Of a stretch of 44,443 nt of DNA, positions 35,481-44,096 are shown piece by piece (positions within the stretch are counted from its first letter, which is position 1; each line of letters opens with the position of its first letter). The DNA lies in the sequence record NC_073073.1; one strand, given 5' to 3'. The stretch comes from Escherichia phage mckay. Both the position numbers and the translations under genes were made by a program. Below the pieces are notes generated by a model that saw only the letters and a list, made by a program, of their open reading frames with translations, was not told where the DNA came from and made no database searches.

Positions 35481-36030
35481 TAATCACCCTGGCCTTTGCC
35501 GGCAGGTTCCACTACGACGTCGCCGTTATCATCTTCGTCGTCATCCAGCGGCACATCGTCGCGGACTCCGTGGTTTGCTTTAAGCAGGAACGTAGCGAAG
35601 CCAGCCGCGATGGTCACGCCGCCAGCTTCCATCAGGAAAGTTTTCTGCAACTCCATAGCATCCGCCATCGCCTCGGCGAACTCCTCATGTGCTCGCGCCC
35701 AGCGATACAGGCAAGCTACGCCCACACCGATTTCCGCGGCAAATCGACCGAAGGTTGGCATTTTGTTGCGGGGGATTACTTGCGCAGCGCCTTTATCGGA
35801 GTAGTTGACCTGCCAGGCGTCGGCGTCGGCAAAATAGCGGCGAAGCTGGTCGCAGTAAACGGATCTGTAGTCAGTAGGGCGTCCACATTTGCCGCCTTTA
35901 CGGCGCTTGCCGTACTCGATTTCAGGTCCGAGATTGGTATGCTCGGTTTGCTCTCCTGGTTTACGGCGCGGGGTAACTGCTACTCGTCCGTCCAGTTTGG
36001 CGCGTCGGCCCTTAACTTTGATTTCTGCCA
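35480..36030 (-). CDS. Terminase small subunit, putative
   Basis: Start taken at ATG 36030 (MAEIKVKGRR); GRPTDYRSVYCDQ...PTFGRFAAEIGVGVACLYRWARAHEEFAEA resembles small-terminase HTH regions; acidic C-terminus; directly upstream of TerL. Confidence 0.6.
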
Positions 36031-36101
36031 TGATATATGCCCTTTTGTTCATATGCGCCGACCATCGGCAACATAGGAGACGGCCCTGCCATCTAAGGGG
36101 G

Positions 36102-36132
36102 ATTATAACAGGCACAAAAAAGCCCACCAAAT
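36102..36132 (-). promoter_or_regulatory. Sigma70-like promoter upstream of the terminase genes (perfect -10 TATAAT)
   Basis: On the - strand TTTGGT-17-TTATAAT, about 70 nt upstream of the TerS start. Confidence 0.35.
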
Positions 36133-36148
36133 CGGCAGGCTATGCGGT

Positions 36149-36361
36149 TTAAACGTCGCGCCCGTAGTATCGGGTTAACATGCTTTGTACTTCGCTTATC
36201 GCGCCTTCTGTGTAGCGTATTTGCGACAGTATCTCGATCCTCTCGTCCATCGACATTCCGACTGCCGCTGCCGTTCGTTCAAATCGGCGCAAGCCTTCGA
36301 GTTGTTTGCGTAGTTCTTTCAGGCGGGTGGCCTGCGTGCTCATGAATACTTGTCTGATCAT
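36149..36361 (-). CDS. Hypothetical small protein (70 aa)
   Basis: ORF whose start overlaps the upstream stop (ATGA). Confidence 0.5.
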   Translation of the reverse strand: MIRQVFMSTQATRLKELRKQLEGLRRFERTAAAVGMSMDERIEILSQIRYTEGAISEVQSMLTRYYGRDV

Positions 36362-37500
36362 TTCAACATTTCCGGGCTAATGGTTAAGCGCGCTACTTCT
36401 CCGTAGTTGGCGCTATAGGTGATGACGTTTGCGCTGCGACCGGACATCCAACCGCCACGACTGGCGTAGGCGTCTTTCGCTGCGAGCGTCCTGTGCTGTT
36501 CAACAATCATGTTGCGGGATTCAACAATCTTCTGGTGGTGCAAATGGCCTACGTGAGCGTAGCTGTATTCGCTCGACCCGAACGCCTGTCTGAATTTAGC
36601 GATCATAACCTGCTCGATAGCATCGAATCGCGCTTTGTGCCCGTGGTGGAAGAATAGAGTTGTCTTACCGTGCTGCACCATTTTGTAGACGTCCGGGGAC
36701 GTATCCACATCGACGCGCGGATCGTTCTCGTACAGAGTATTGAACATCTCAGCCAGCCAAATCATACCCGACTCGTCATGATTTCCCTGGACGATTAGCA
36801 GTTTGACTTTGTGGTGTTTTTGCAGCGCCAGTTCGACGACGTTGCGCACCATGCGAATCATGTAGCGGACCAACTTCTGGTATCGGGTATCTGCGTCCAG
36901 GATATGACCACTGGCTGGGGTGACGGCATCGAGGCTATCAAAATGCGCCATATCACCGAGGATATTGATTACGGCAGTTCCTGCGTCTGGTGCGCGGGCG
37001 AAGGCTTCGACAAACCAGCGGTAAAACAGGTCTTCGGCAATCGCCATATCCCAGTCTTCGCCAGTCTCCTCGCCCCAGGCCAACATGCCCAGGTGGAAGT
37101 CGGACACGGTATACAGGTTGAGCAAGTCGAGCGCCTTGATCGGTACTGGCGGGGCGTTTACTGGCGCTGCCGGTGTGATTTCGCTGTTCATACCCTCGAC
37201 AACAGCGCGCATAGCTTCGAGTTGGCGCTCCTTGTCCTGCTCGGTGATGACCCATGACATGACCTCCTCGCCATTGCCGCGCACCAGGGCGGAGACACGC
37301 TTAACGCCAAAACCATCGGCAACGCGCTTACGGATTACGGCATCGTTACCGTGACCAATACCTTTTTTCGATAGGCGGGCTTTGCGCATGTAGACATTTC
37401 GGAGGGATAGGCCGTACTTCTTCGCAATATCTTTCGATGTAGTGCCGGATTGCAACTCGGCGATCAATTGCTCGTCGGTGATTTTAGTTTGCGGGTGCAT
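36358..37500 (-). CDS. HTH-fused calcineurin-like metallophosphoesterase
   Basis: 380 aa; N-terminal HTH-like TSKDIAKKYGLSLRNVYMRKARL; metallophosphoesterase motifs DFHLG, GDMAHFD, GNHDE, HHGH, GHLHH in canonical order. Confidence 0.7.
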   Translation of the reverse strand: MHPQTKITDEQLIAELQSGTTSKDIAKKYGLSLRNVYMRKARLSKKGIGHGNDAVIRKRVADGFGVKRVSALVRGNGEEVMSWVITEQDKERQLEAMRAVVEGMNSEITPAAPVNAPPVPIKALDLLNLYTVSDFHLGMLAWGEETGEDWDMAIAEDLFYRWFVEAFARAPDAGTAVINILGDMAHFDSLDAVTPASGHILDADTRYQKLVRYMIRMVRNVVELALQKHHKVKLLIVQGNHDESGMIWLAEMFNTLYENDPRVDVDTSPDVYKMVQHGKTTLFFHHGHKARFDAIEQVMIAKFRQAFGSSEYSYAHVGHLHHQKIVESRNMIVEQHRTLAAKDAYASRGGWMSGRSANVITYSANYGEVARLTISPEMLK

Positions 37501-37705
37501 ATTAATTCACTTCCAGATTATGGGATCGAAGACAATATACCACTGTCCCTATGGCGGCGGGCTATAGCAATTCGCAAATAACCATACCGATGAATGCTGA
37601 GGCGGACCAGATCGCCAATACCCAAATATCATTACGTGCCATAGTGTAATACTCCTCTTGTTGATTGGTCGCAGTATGGTCAGATTGTTGGTTGCAAGTC
37701 AAGCA

Positions 37706-37731
37706 ATAAAAAGCCCGGATAGTTCCGGGCT
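37706..37731 (-). terminator. Rho-independent terminator after the lysis cassette
   Basis: On the - strand GCCCGGA-acta-TCCGGGC hairpin followed by TTTTTATT. Confidence 0.6.
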
Positions 37732-37738
37732 TGCGAGG

Positions 37739-37907
37739 TTAGGCCGCTGGGCCGGGTTCTTCCGGCGGTGGCGGGCTAGGCAGCTTCGCGTCGAATACCC
37801 CCGCATGACTGATAGTGTCAGCGATGATAGCGCGTGCGCCTGGGTCTTCGGTTTTAGCCAGCGCGGCGAGCGCGTCGGCGTTATGATCAAGAATGCTTTT
37901 TAACATA
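37739..37907 (-). CDS. Small Pro-rich protein (56 aa), function unknown
   Basis: Start taken at ATG 37907 (MLKSILDHNADAL..., GAGGGGA RBS); C-terminal PSPPPPEEPGP tract; no signal peptide or lipobox. Confidence 0.4.
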
Positions 37908-37922
37908 CGGTGTCCCCTCGTA

Positions 37923-38414
37923 TTATGCTGCGTTTCGCCCGATTCTCTCGGCAACGTCCCACTGCTTACCATCGAATAGCGCCTGTCTGCCGATTGCACG
38001 ACGGACAAGCCCCTTGAGCACTACCCCGCCTTGCTTGCGGAATTGTGGCAGTGTAGCCCGTACCTTCGCCCAGTCACCCAGGCGGATCGCATCGTCGAAA
38101 TCACCCGCGACGTCGTCCGGCATGATCGGACCTGGACCAGCATTGATAACCAGGTCCACCAGCGCGTCGAATTGCGCCTGATTGATGCTCGGGTGTGCGT
38201 ACTTGTTCACCCAGTTTTCGGCATACGCCACGTCGCGCTTGAGTAGCTCCAGTGCTTCCGCACGGGTAATGCTCCGCGGCGGATTAGTGCCGGTGTGACC
38301 ATAGCCCCAGGTATACAGGCCGCGGGCCTGCTCTTTCTTAGTCGCGAAATACGGCACTGGGCTGAATTGCTCCCATGCTGCCGTAAATCTTAGACCGTTG
38401 TCACTGAATCGCAT
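37923..38414 (-). CDS. Endolysin (phage lysozyme, GH24-like)
   Basis: 163 aa; N-terminal region with E...TWGYGHT(G) resembles the GH24 lysozyme signature; adjacent to holin-like genes. Confidence 0.7.
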   Translation of the reverse strand: MRFSDNGLRFTAAWEQFSPVPYFATKKEQARGLYTWGYGHTGTNPPRSITRAEALELLKRDVAYAENWVNKYAHPSINQAQFDALVDLVINAGPGPIMPDDVAGDFDDAIRLGDWAKVRATLPQFRKQGGVVLKGLVRRAIGRQALFDGKQWDVAERIGRNAA

Positions 38415-38646
38415 GCTTTACCCCATTCAAAACAGCATTACGCAGCGTGCGCAATGCAAACAGCCAGATTAACGCGGTCCAGGTGGTGTCTGATACGTCT
38501 CCTGTTTGCAACAATCCGATAACGCAGACCATCGCCGTTAGCAGATATAACACCCGGCCTAAAATGCCATCCTGGACGGACGGCGCATACACGTTAAACA
38601 GGGACGAAGCCCCTATGATAACAAACAACAGGACGGAGATAATCAT
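38401..38646 (-). CDS. Small membrane protein (holin/antiholin-like)
   Basis: 81 aa with two predicted TM helices; start overlaps the upstream holin stop (ATGA). Confidence 0.5.
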   Translation of the reverse strand: MIISVLLFVIIGASSLFNVYAPSVQDGILGRVLYLLTAMVCVIGLLQTGDVSDTTWTALIWLFALRTLRNAVLNGVKHAIQ

Positions 38647-38933
38647 TTTGCGCCCCCCGGAAGTCGGAACGACTCAATAGTCTCCCTGATCCGGGCGGCT
38701 ATTGGCATCCAGAAGATGGCAGTTACGAAGCCCAACCCGGCAACAGTGCGCTCGCCAGATAAGCCAGCCCACTCGGCAATAGCTGGCGCACCAAATATGG
38801 CACACAAGAAGCCGACCACGATATATAAAACGAAGTTTAGCGGCCCTTTCGTAGCCTCGCCATGAATGCGAGCGCCAACGAAGCCCCCCGCGAGACACGC
38901 GAGGGCGAATAGCCACTCGTTTAGCTTATCCAT
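38643..38933 (-). CDS. Holin, putative
   Basis: 96 aa; multiple hydrophobic helices with charged C-terminus; first gene of the lysis cassette. Confidence 0.55.
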   Translation of the reverse strand: MDKLNEWLFALACLAGGFVGARIHGEATKGPLNFVLYIVVGFLCAIFGAPAIAEWAGLSGERTVAGLGFVTAIFWMPIAARIRETIESFRLPGGAK

Positions 38934-38939
38934 AAAAAA

Positions 38940-38967
38940 GTCCCAGTAAGTTTTATCTCACTGGGAC
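38940..38967 (-). terminator. Terminator-like hairpin just upstream of the holin start
   Basis: On the - strand GTCCCAGT-gagataaaactt-ACTGGGAC followed by TTTTTT then the holin ATG. Confidence 0.45.
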
Positions 38968-38985
38968 TATATCACGCTTGCATAA

Positions 38986-39273
38986 TTAATCGAAAATAGA
39001 CCACTTGCCGACGCCTTTCCACTCCCATCCACTCGACCGGACGGCCTCGAATGTTCGCCCGCCTATCATATCCCGATACCACAGCCACCACATGCGCAAC
39101 CTGGTCGGGTGCTCCGTGATCCCGCGGCGCTTGTATACCTCGAACGTCATGCGGGTAATACTGGCGGCTTCCACTGCAGGCCATACGACGAACATCAGGA
39201 TGCCCAACAGCACCGCGGTAAGCAGGCATAGCCCGCAGATCAAACCAAACCAATAAATCACATCGTGTAGCAT
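38986..39273 (-). CDS. Small membrane protein (95 aa)
   Basis: Start taken at ATG 39273 (MLHDVIYWFGLICGL...); one strong TM segment. Confidence 0.45.
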   Translation of the reverse strand: MLHDVIYWFGLICGLCLLTAVLLGILMFVVWPAVEAASITRMTFEVYKRRGITEHPTRLRMWWLWYRDMIGGRTFEAVRSSGWEWKGVGKWSIFD

Positions 39274-39394
39274 CGAATTGCCCCTTCCGGTTTGCCAATA
39301 TGGCGCGCCCATGCACGCGCCACGAAGTAATTGCGAAACACCCGACCGCCTATCTCAAAGCGGTTGTGCATGAGCATATCACGGATAGACGCAC

Positions 39395-39955
39395 TCATTT
39401 CAGAATCACCGAGCGCGGGTCGATGGCCTTCATGCTGCCGTCTGGTTCGACACGGATAAACCCGACGCCGTAGCTCTTCGCGTCGTCGTTAGCCTGGCGA
39501 ACAGCATACTGCTTGTCAATCAGGTCGCGCATGGCGGCATTCATGCGCGCGTTAACCTGACTGGCATCGTATTTGGTATATGGGTGCTCCGTACGGGTAA
39601 GATCTTTCGCCACGACGCCAGGGCGCTTGAACTGCTTAAGCAAATAGTTCCGGCCTACGCGAGTGAAGTTAATTAAGCCTTCGGGCGGTACGACGCGCTG
39701 TGTATTGCGGCTTTGCAGTATAACGCTGACAGTACTAACGCGCTGGGCAACGAACAGTTTGCCGTCGTTGCTATCACGCAGCACATCCCCGACCCGCACG
39801 TCGTGATGCACAACCTGCAAATGTTTATGTAGGCCGGATTTCTTGTACCAGAATACGCGGTCGCTCGGCTCATGGTACATGCGCACATAGTTCGGCAGCA
39901 CTTCGATCGGGGTAAGGAATCGCCCATTATGTTTATTGCGGAATATCAGTTTCAT
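39395..39955 (-). CDS. Hypothetical protein (186 aa)
   Basis: ORF overlapping the upstream stop by 4 nt; no recognisable motif. Confidence 0.5.
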   Translation of the reverse strand: MKLIFRNKHNGRFLTPIEVLPNYVRMYHEPSDRVFWYKKSGLHKHLQVVHHDVRVGDVLRDSNDGKLFVAQRVSTVSVILQSRNTQRVVPPEGLINFTRVGRNYLLKQFKRPGVVAKDLTRTEHPYTKYDASQVNARMNAAMRDLIDKQYAVRQANDDAKSYGVGFIRVEPDGSMKAIDPRSVILK

Positions 39956-40221
39956 TTCGCCAGTCTCCAGTGTTTGCCTACCCGCTCAACGGCGGGCTTC
40001 CGGCGTAATGTAATACGGATCCCCATTGGTTGCAAGGAGGTCCGCACCCTGAAATCGTGTTGTGCTGCGAACTGGTGCAAGTAGCTAGTCTGCGTCAACG
40101 GCTTCACGTCATCGCGATAGCTCCAGAATATAGATTCGCCCTCAACCGCATTCTTAGCCCATATTCGTATGCAATGCAGGGGAATATGCCACGAAAGCTG
40201 TTTGGCGCGCCTACGGCTCAT
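39952..40221 (-). CDS. Hypothetical basic protein (89 aa)
   Basis: ATG 40221 with AAGAGG RBS; Arg-rich. Confidence 0.45.
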   Translation of the reverse strand: MSRRRAKQLSWHIPLHCIRIWAKNAVEGESIFWSYRDDVKPLTQTSYLHQFAAQHDFRVRTSLQPMGIRITLRRKPAVERVGKHWRLAK

Positions 40222-40230
40222 TTTGGCCTC

Positions 40231-40557
40231 TTATTTCGCAAGCTGGGCGAATAGTTCGCGCTGGGCTTTAATCCGGGCGACGTTTGTCACTGCCGTCTCG
40301 CCGATCCCGAAGCGATACGCCAGGCGCTCACGGGCAAATGCCAGCGCGTAGTCCTGGATGGCGTTCGCCAACGGCTGGATCTCCGCCATCGTGTCGAAGC
40401 GGCGCTCCAGCATACAGGCGATGGCCTGCTGCGTGACGCGAACAATGGACCACGCTGCCGATAGTCTTTCGACCGCTTCCGCTCCTTCACCGGCGAACTC
40501 TGCCGCCTCTTGTGCCGCCGCCATAGCCATTGCGTAATTCCAGATAATCGCTTTCAT
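40231..40557 (-). CDS. Hypothetical protein (108 aa)
   Basis: Ala-rich helical ORF; start overlaps the upstream stop. Confidence 0.5.
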   Translation of the reverse strand: MKAIIWNYAMAMAAAQEAAEFAGEGAEAVERLSAAWSIVRVTQQAIACMLERRFDTMAEIQPLANAIQDYALAFARERLAYRFGIGETAVTNVARIKAQRELFAQLAK

Positions 40558-40751
40558 TGTTCAGTCCTCTTCGTGATAGTTACGCTGTCCAGGAATTGCA
40601 GCAATGCCTCTTGCGCCTTTACCCGCAATCCGGCGTAGTGGCGCGATTTCTTAATGTTGCCGACCATGTACGCTGCGCGTGCTTGCAAATCAGCTTTGTT
40701 CTCGGCCTCAATCAGTTCTAACAGTTCGTCGACCAGGTCTTCGTGTTCCAT
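40554..40751 (-). CDS. Hypothetical small acidic protein (65 aa)
   Basis: Start taken at ATG 40751 (MEHEDLVDELLELIEAENK), which sits ~20 nt downstream of the conserved TATATTGGTTGCACACCAAC element. Confidence 0.45.
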   Translation of the reverse strand: MEHEDLVDELLELIEAENKADLQARAAYMVGNIKKSRHYAGLRVKAQEALLQFLDSVTITKRTEQ

Positions 40752-40764
40752 TGTTCGGTCCTCA

Positions 40765-40820
40765 TGTTGGTGTGCAACCAATATAGCAAGGTGCCAGGCT
40801 GAATGCAACCAATATCAAAC
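40765..40820 (-). promoter_or_regulatory. Promoter-like element for the leftward middle genes (TTGCAT-17-TATATT with TTGGTTGCA motifs)
   Basis: On the - strand ATTGGTTGCAT...TATATTGGTTGCACACCAAC, the same arrangement and near-identical sequence as upstream of the + strand moron at 30229-30250. Confidence 0.45.
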
Positions 40821-40962
40821 ATGCGCATGAAAAAGTTGATCGCTATCTGCTGCAGCTGCAAACTGCATTTTTCACTCAGCATAATACAACTCGCATTGGT
40901 TGCCTAGTTCATCAACGACCGCAATTCACATCATGTTGCCGTGTATTATGCAATCCCGGATT

Positions 40963-41136
40963 TTATTCAGTCTCAGACGAGGGGGGCCACTGACCCCCGT
41001 CTAGTCTGAAAGACTGGGCTTTGTCCCGCCTGTCCCGCCCCTCTGGAAGCCGCGCCATCCGGGCGGGACATGGGGTGCTGTCCCGCTTTGTCCCGCCCCT
41101 TGTTTGTCCCGCTTTTTGTCCCGCTTAGTTTATGCA
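40963..41136. repeat. Copy B of the ~175-bp hairpin-plus-TGTCCCGC-iteron element, next to the primase gene
   Basis: Near-identical to 24315-24487; holds about six TGTCCCGC iterons at roughly 10-13 bp spacing plus an inverted GCGGGACA. Confidence 0.7.
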
Positions 41137-41169
41137 GTTTTAGTGCATAACTATTCATTATATTCACAC

Positions 41170-41284
41170 TACACGGCAACCAATACGACCAGATAAAAAC
41201 ACCTAAAATGGCAACCAATGCGCGCAAAATTTAATCTTTTAGCAATAGGGGAATCCCCACATCGGCAACCAATACGCGCAAAAT
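41170..41284. repeat. Tandem direct repeats: 3x GCAACCAAT and 2x CGCGCAAAATTTAATCTTT
   Basis: GCAACCAAT at 41176, 41211, 41265; CGCGCAAAATTTAATCTTT at 41221-41239 and 41275-41293 (the second copy runs 9 bp past the feature end into the primase stop region); lies between the primase stop and copy B. Confidence 0.55.
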
Positions 41285-43549
41285 TTAATCTTTCAGGTCG
41301 TCATCGGTCGCCGAAAGCGTGATGGGTATACTCGTTTTGATGACGATATTCGACGACCCATAGATGGCCCCGGTGTGCGGATCTGTATAAAAACCAAGTA
41401 CGCCGCGCTCAACCATATCGTCGATTGCCTTCGTCGATGTGCCACCTTTTGCCAATCCCGCCTGGCGGACAATTGCCGATTTACTGAATCCGGTATGGTC
41501 CGGGTTTTCTTCCATCAGTTTTTCCAGCGCCGCATAAAGCACTTTCTCTTTTTCGTTGCGCGGTCCTGCGGCATTCTCCTCCTTAACTGCGGCCTTGCCC
41601 GCGGCCTTCGCCTGTTCGATGGCGAACGGTGCCAGGGCGACCGGTACGAGATACAGGGTCTCGTCGCGCGGCGTGGATGCGATCGGCTTGACGTCCCAAC
41701 CGGCAACGACGTCACCGAAGTCTGGCCCGGTGCTGGTGGACTGGTGTGCTTCGAACGCTTCGGACTTGCGGAGATCAACCTTAACCTTGCACTTGAGCAG
41801 GACGAATCCGCGCGGCGCTTGCTTGATGCCGTTACGTGCCTTTTCGTGATACAGGTTCAATTGGCCTGGCTGGTTGTCGTCAGGCTGTTCCAGGAAGAAC
41901 GCAGAATCGACAGCACCATGCAGCGCGCCGGACCCACGGGGAGATCTGCTGCCGTTTGCACCTTTCGCTGGGTGGTGGATGACGCCCGCACTGCCGCCTG
42001 TGTTTTCCGCAATGGCCTTCAGCGCTTTGACCACTTCGCCCATATCGCTGGCGTTGTTCTCGTCGAACGGTTTAGCATCGGCGGACCGCAACGCAACAGT
42101 CTGGTTGAGTGAGTCGAACGCCACCAGGCCAACCGGTTCGCCGTTGGCGGTGCGGTTGATAAAGCTGATAACTTCACGCAAGCCCGACTTGCTGGTGATA
42201 TCCCAGCCGCGTGATTGCAGGTCGATAATGTGCAGCTTGTCCAGGTCGTGCTCATATTTGATCTGCAGTGCTTCCTTACGCTGGTTGGAGGCTTCTCCGC
42301 CTTCCGCATCGAAATAGAAACAATGAGACTGGACGACCTTCGCACCGCCGAACGGAATACCCGCGGCAACCGCACCCATTTGACCCAGCACGTAGAACGA
42401 TTTACCGATGTTCGATTCGCCAGCCATATACCAGGTCGATTTAAAGTTAATCAGGCCTTCGATGATCGGGTCGTGTTTACTGAATAGTGCGACCGGTTCG
42501 TTATCCAGGTCAGCGTCGGTACATACGCCGTACTCGTCGCCGTCTCCGACCGCATCAACAATGTGGTCATATAAGGATTCGACTTCCTCGTCGTCCAGAC
42601 CTGGCAGGATGGCGGCGATTTGCTTACGCGACATGTTGTGCGGCTCGACGTTCAGGTGGTCCGGTATCCCGATAAGACGTAGCGCCAGGTGCTGGTGTCT
42701 GTTCAGTTCCGAGCAACACTCGTTGCCGGTATGCATACACTTGAAACGGATCTCGCCATCCTTGACCATGATAGCCGTCGACCCTTCGCCGCTGTGCAGA
42801 TGTTCGTTAGGACACGGCACTTCATAACCACGACCGGACGACAGCGGTTCGAATCCTGCCTGGAAGCACCAGTCCAGAATGCCGTCCGCCACGCCGTCAT
42901 CGCCCTGGGTCAGTTCGCGTCGTACTTCCTCTTTTTCCACTCCCAGCTTATCAGCCAGGCGAAGCAGACGACGGACGCGGGCACGTTTGCCGTAGTGACA
43001 CTTAACAACCGATTGCTGGTGAGGCAGGTACATAAGGCGGTTTGTGTCTTTCGTGCAATCATCGAAGTCCACATCTGACAGGCCCAGTTGGTGTAATAGT
43101 GCATACTGTACGCGGCCCAGGTCTTCCGCCGGTACAGGCTTATCGGTGAGCACCAGGAAACGGGCGCAACGCGTGCCGCCCTTCAGCGGGTGGCGGTCGC
43201 CGGTGGTGGTGTGAAATACATGTTCCAGTCCCGCGTCGATGAACGCCTTACGGCAGCGGCGCAGGGTGCGGGTGTCGGTGCGGTCAATATCAAAGAACAG
43301 GATCGAGCGGTCCACCGCACTGGTCTTGCGGCGTAAGCCGTCACTGGTATAAGCCACAATGCCATCGGCCTTACGCTTGCGGCGCGCATACTCCGCTTTA
43401 TCTTCCGTCTTGTTGATATGCACCGAGGATATTTCTTTCGCATCATTGATAAATTCGAAAAACTCTTCGGTAGTCATCCGGAAGTTTTCCGCCCTGGCTT
43501 TTTCGCCTTTTTTAGCGGGTCGTGTTACAGCGAATTTAATTAAGCTCAT
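41285..43549 (-). CDS. DNA primase-helicase (primase-polymerase-like N-terminus, RecA/DnaB-like ATPase, C-terminal wHTH-like)
   Basis: 754 aa; N-terminal ILFFDIDRTD (DxD) with CPNEHLH...C...C zinc-binding-like region; central Walker A GESNIGKS; adjacent to iteron-like repeats. Confidence 0.7.
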   Translation of the reverse strand: MSLIKFAVTRPAKKGEKARAENFRMTTEEFFEFINDAKEISSVHINKTEDKAEYARRKRKADGIVAYTSDGLRRKTSAVDRSILFFDIDRTDTRTLRRCRKAFIDAGLEHVFHTTTGDRHPLKGGTRCARFLVLTDKPVPAEDLGRVQYALLHQLGLSDVDFDDCTKDTNRLMYLPHQQSVVKCHYGKRARVRRLLRLADKLGVEKEEVRRELTQGDDGVADGILDWCFQAGFEPLSSGRGYEVPCPNEHLHSGEGSTAIMVKDGEIRFKCMHTGNECCSELNRHQHLALRLIGIPDHLNVEPHNMSRKQIAAILPGLDDEEVESLYDHIVDAVGDGDEYGVCTDADLDNEPVALFSKHDPIIEGLINFKSTWYMAGESNIGKSFYVLGQMGAVAAGIPFGGAKVVQSHCFYFDAEGGEASNQRKEALQIKYEHDLDKLHIIDLQSRGWDITSKSGLREVISFINRTANGEPVGLVAFDSLNQTVALRSADAKPFDENNASDMGEVVKALKAIAENTGGSAGVIHHPAKGANGSRSPRGSGALHGAVDSAFFLEQPDDNQPGQLNLYHEKARNGIKQAPRGFVLLKCKVKVDLRKSEAFEAHQSTSTGPDFGDVVAGWDVKPIASTPRDETLYLVPVALAPFAIEQAKAAGKAAVKEENAAGPRNEKEKVLYAALEKLMEENPDHTGFSKSAIVRQAGLAKGGTSTKAIDDMVERGVLGFYTDPHTGAIYGSSNIVIKTSIPITLSATDDDLKD

Positions 43550-43559
43550 TGCCGTTGCC

Positions 43560-43889
43560 TTACTTAGAAGTTTTATTATTGCGTACCCAGGAGCGCACTG
43601 TGCTCTGATTAATTCCGGTCAACTCGGCAATCATCGCCCAGGATTTGCCCTCGGCGCGCAAACGGATAACCTGTTTTTTGTATTCTTCCATTTCTTCATT
43701 GTGCTTTTGCAGCTTGCTTGCTGCCGTGCCGTTGAGCAATTCCAGCCTGGCGCGTAATTCTTTTTCGGTAAGTCGCAGACGTTCGATTTCAAATAGCACC
43801 GCACCCACGGCATCGGTATACGCCCAAGACCGGCTTGTCTCACTGCAAACAGTCTTAGTTAACATTTCGATTGCGTCGTCGATATTCAT
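43560..43889 (-). CDS. HTH DNA-binding protein, putative transcriptional regulator
   Basis: 109 aa; C-terminal HTH-like GKSWAMIAELTGINQSTVRSWVRNN; first gene of the leftward unit, immediately downstream of a palindrome. Confidence 0.55.
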   Translation of the reverse strand: MNIDDAIEMLTKTVCSETSRSWAYTDAVGAVLFEIERLRLTEKELRARLELLNGTAASKLQKHNEEMEEYKKQVIRLRAEGKSWAMIAELTGINQSTVRSWVRNNKTSK

Positions 43890-43902
43890 TTTTCTGTCTC
43901 CG

Positions 43903-43919
43903 GTTGGTTAATGACCAAC
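43903..43919. promoter_or_regulatory. Operator-like palindrome GTTGGT-taatg-ACCAAC beside the regulator gene start
   Basis: Perfect 6-bp inverted repeat with 5-bp spacer, ~14 nt upstream of the regulator ATG; a TTGACA-17-TAGTTT promoter-like pair lies just upstream on the - strand. Confidence 0.4.
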
Positions 43920-43962
43920 GAAACTACACCTAAAACCGCAGGGTGTCAACTTCTTTGGAATA

Positions 43963-44055
43963 TTGAAACGGGCGCGCACGCGTGTAATAATACTCCCGTC
44001 TCATTGTCTCTTATTGGTTAGCGCCGTCGCATTTTGCTTCGGCGCTTTTTTTTTT
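43963..44055 (+). ncRNA. Candidate small RNA (promoter TTGAAA-16-TAATAA, ~60 nt transcript, strong intrinsic terminator)
   Basis: -35 TTGAAA (43963-43968) and -10 TAATAA (43985-43990) flank the palindrome CACGCGTG; GCGCCG...CGGCGC hairpin (44021-44045) followed by ten T (44046-44055); no ORF in between. Confidence 0.3.
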
Positions 44056-44066
44056 GAAATTAGTTG

Positions 44067-44096
44067 TTGACACCCATCCTGCAACCAATCTATTAT
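44067..44096 (+). promoter_or_regulatory. Early rightward promoter (TTGACA-18-TATTAT)
   Basis: Consensus -35 TTGACA at 44067-44072, 18-bp spacer containing GCAACCAAT, -10 TATTAT at 44091-44096; ~200 nt upstream of the first + strand gene. Confidence 0.5.

Noticed and set aside
42845-42855. GGTTCGAATCC, the canonical tRNA T-arm sequence
   Set aside because: It lies inside the primase-helicase coding sequence and the flanks do not fold into a T-stem, acceptor stem or anticodon arm; no tRNA is called.
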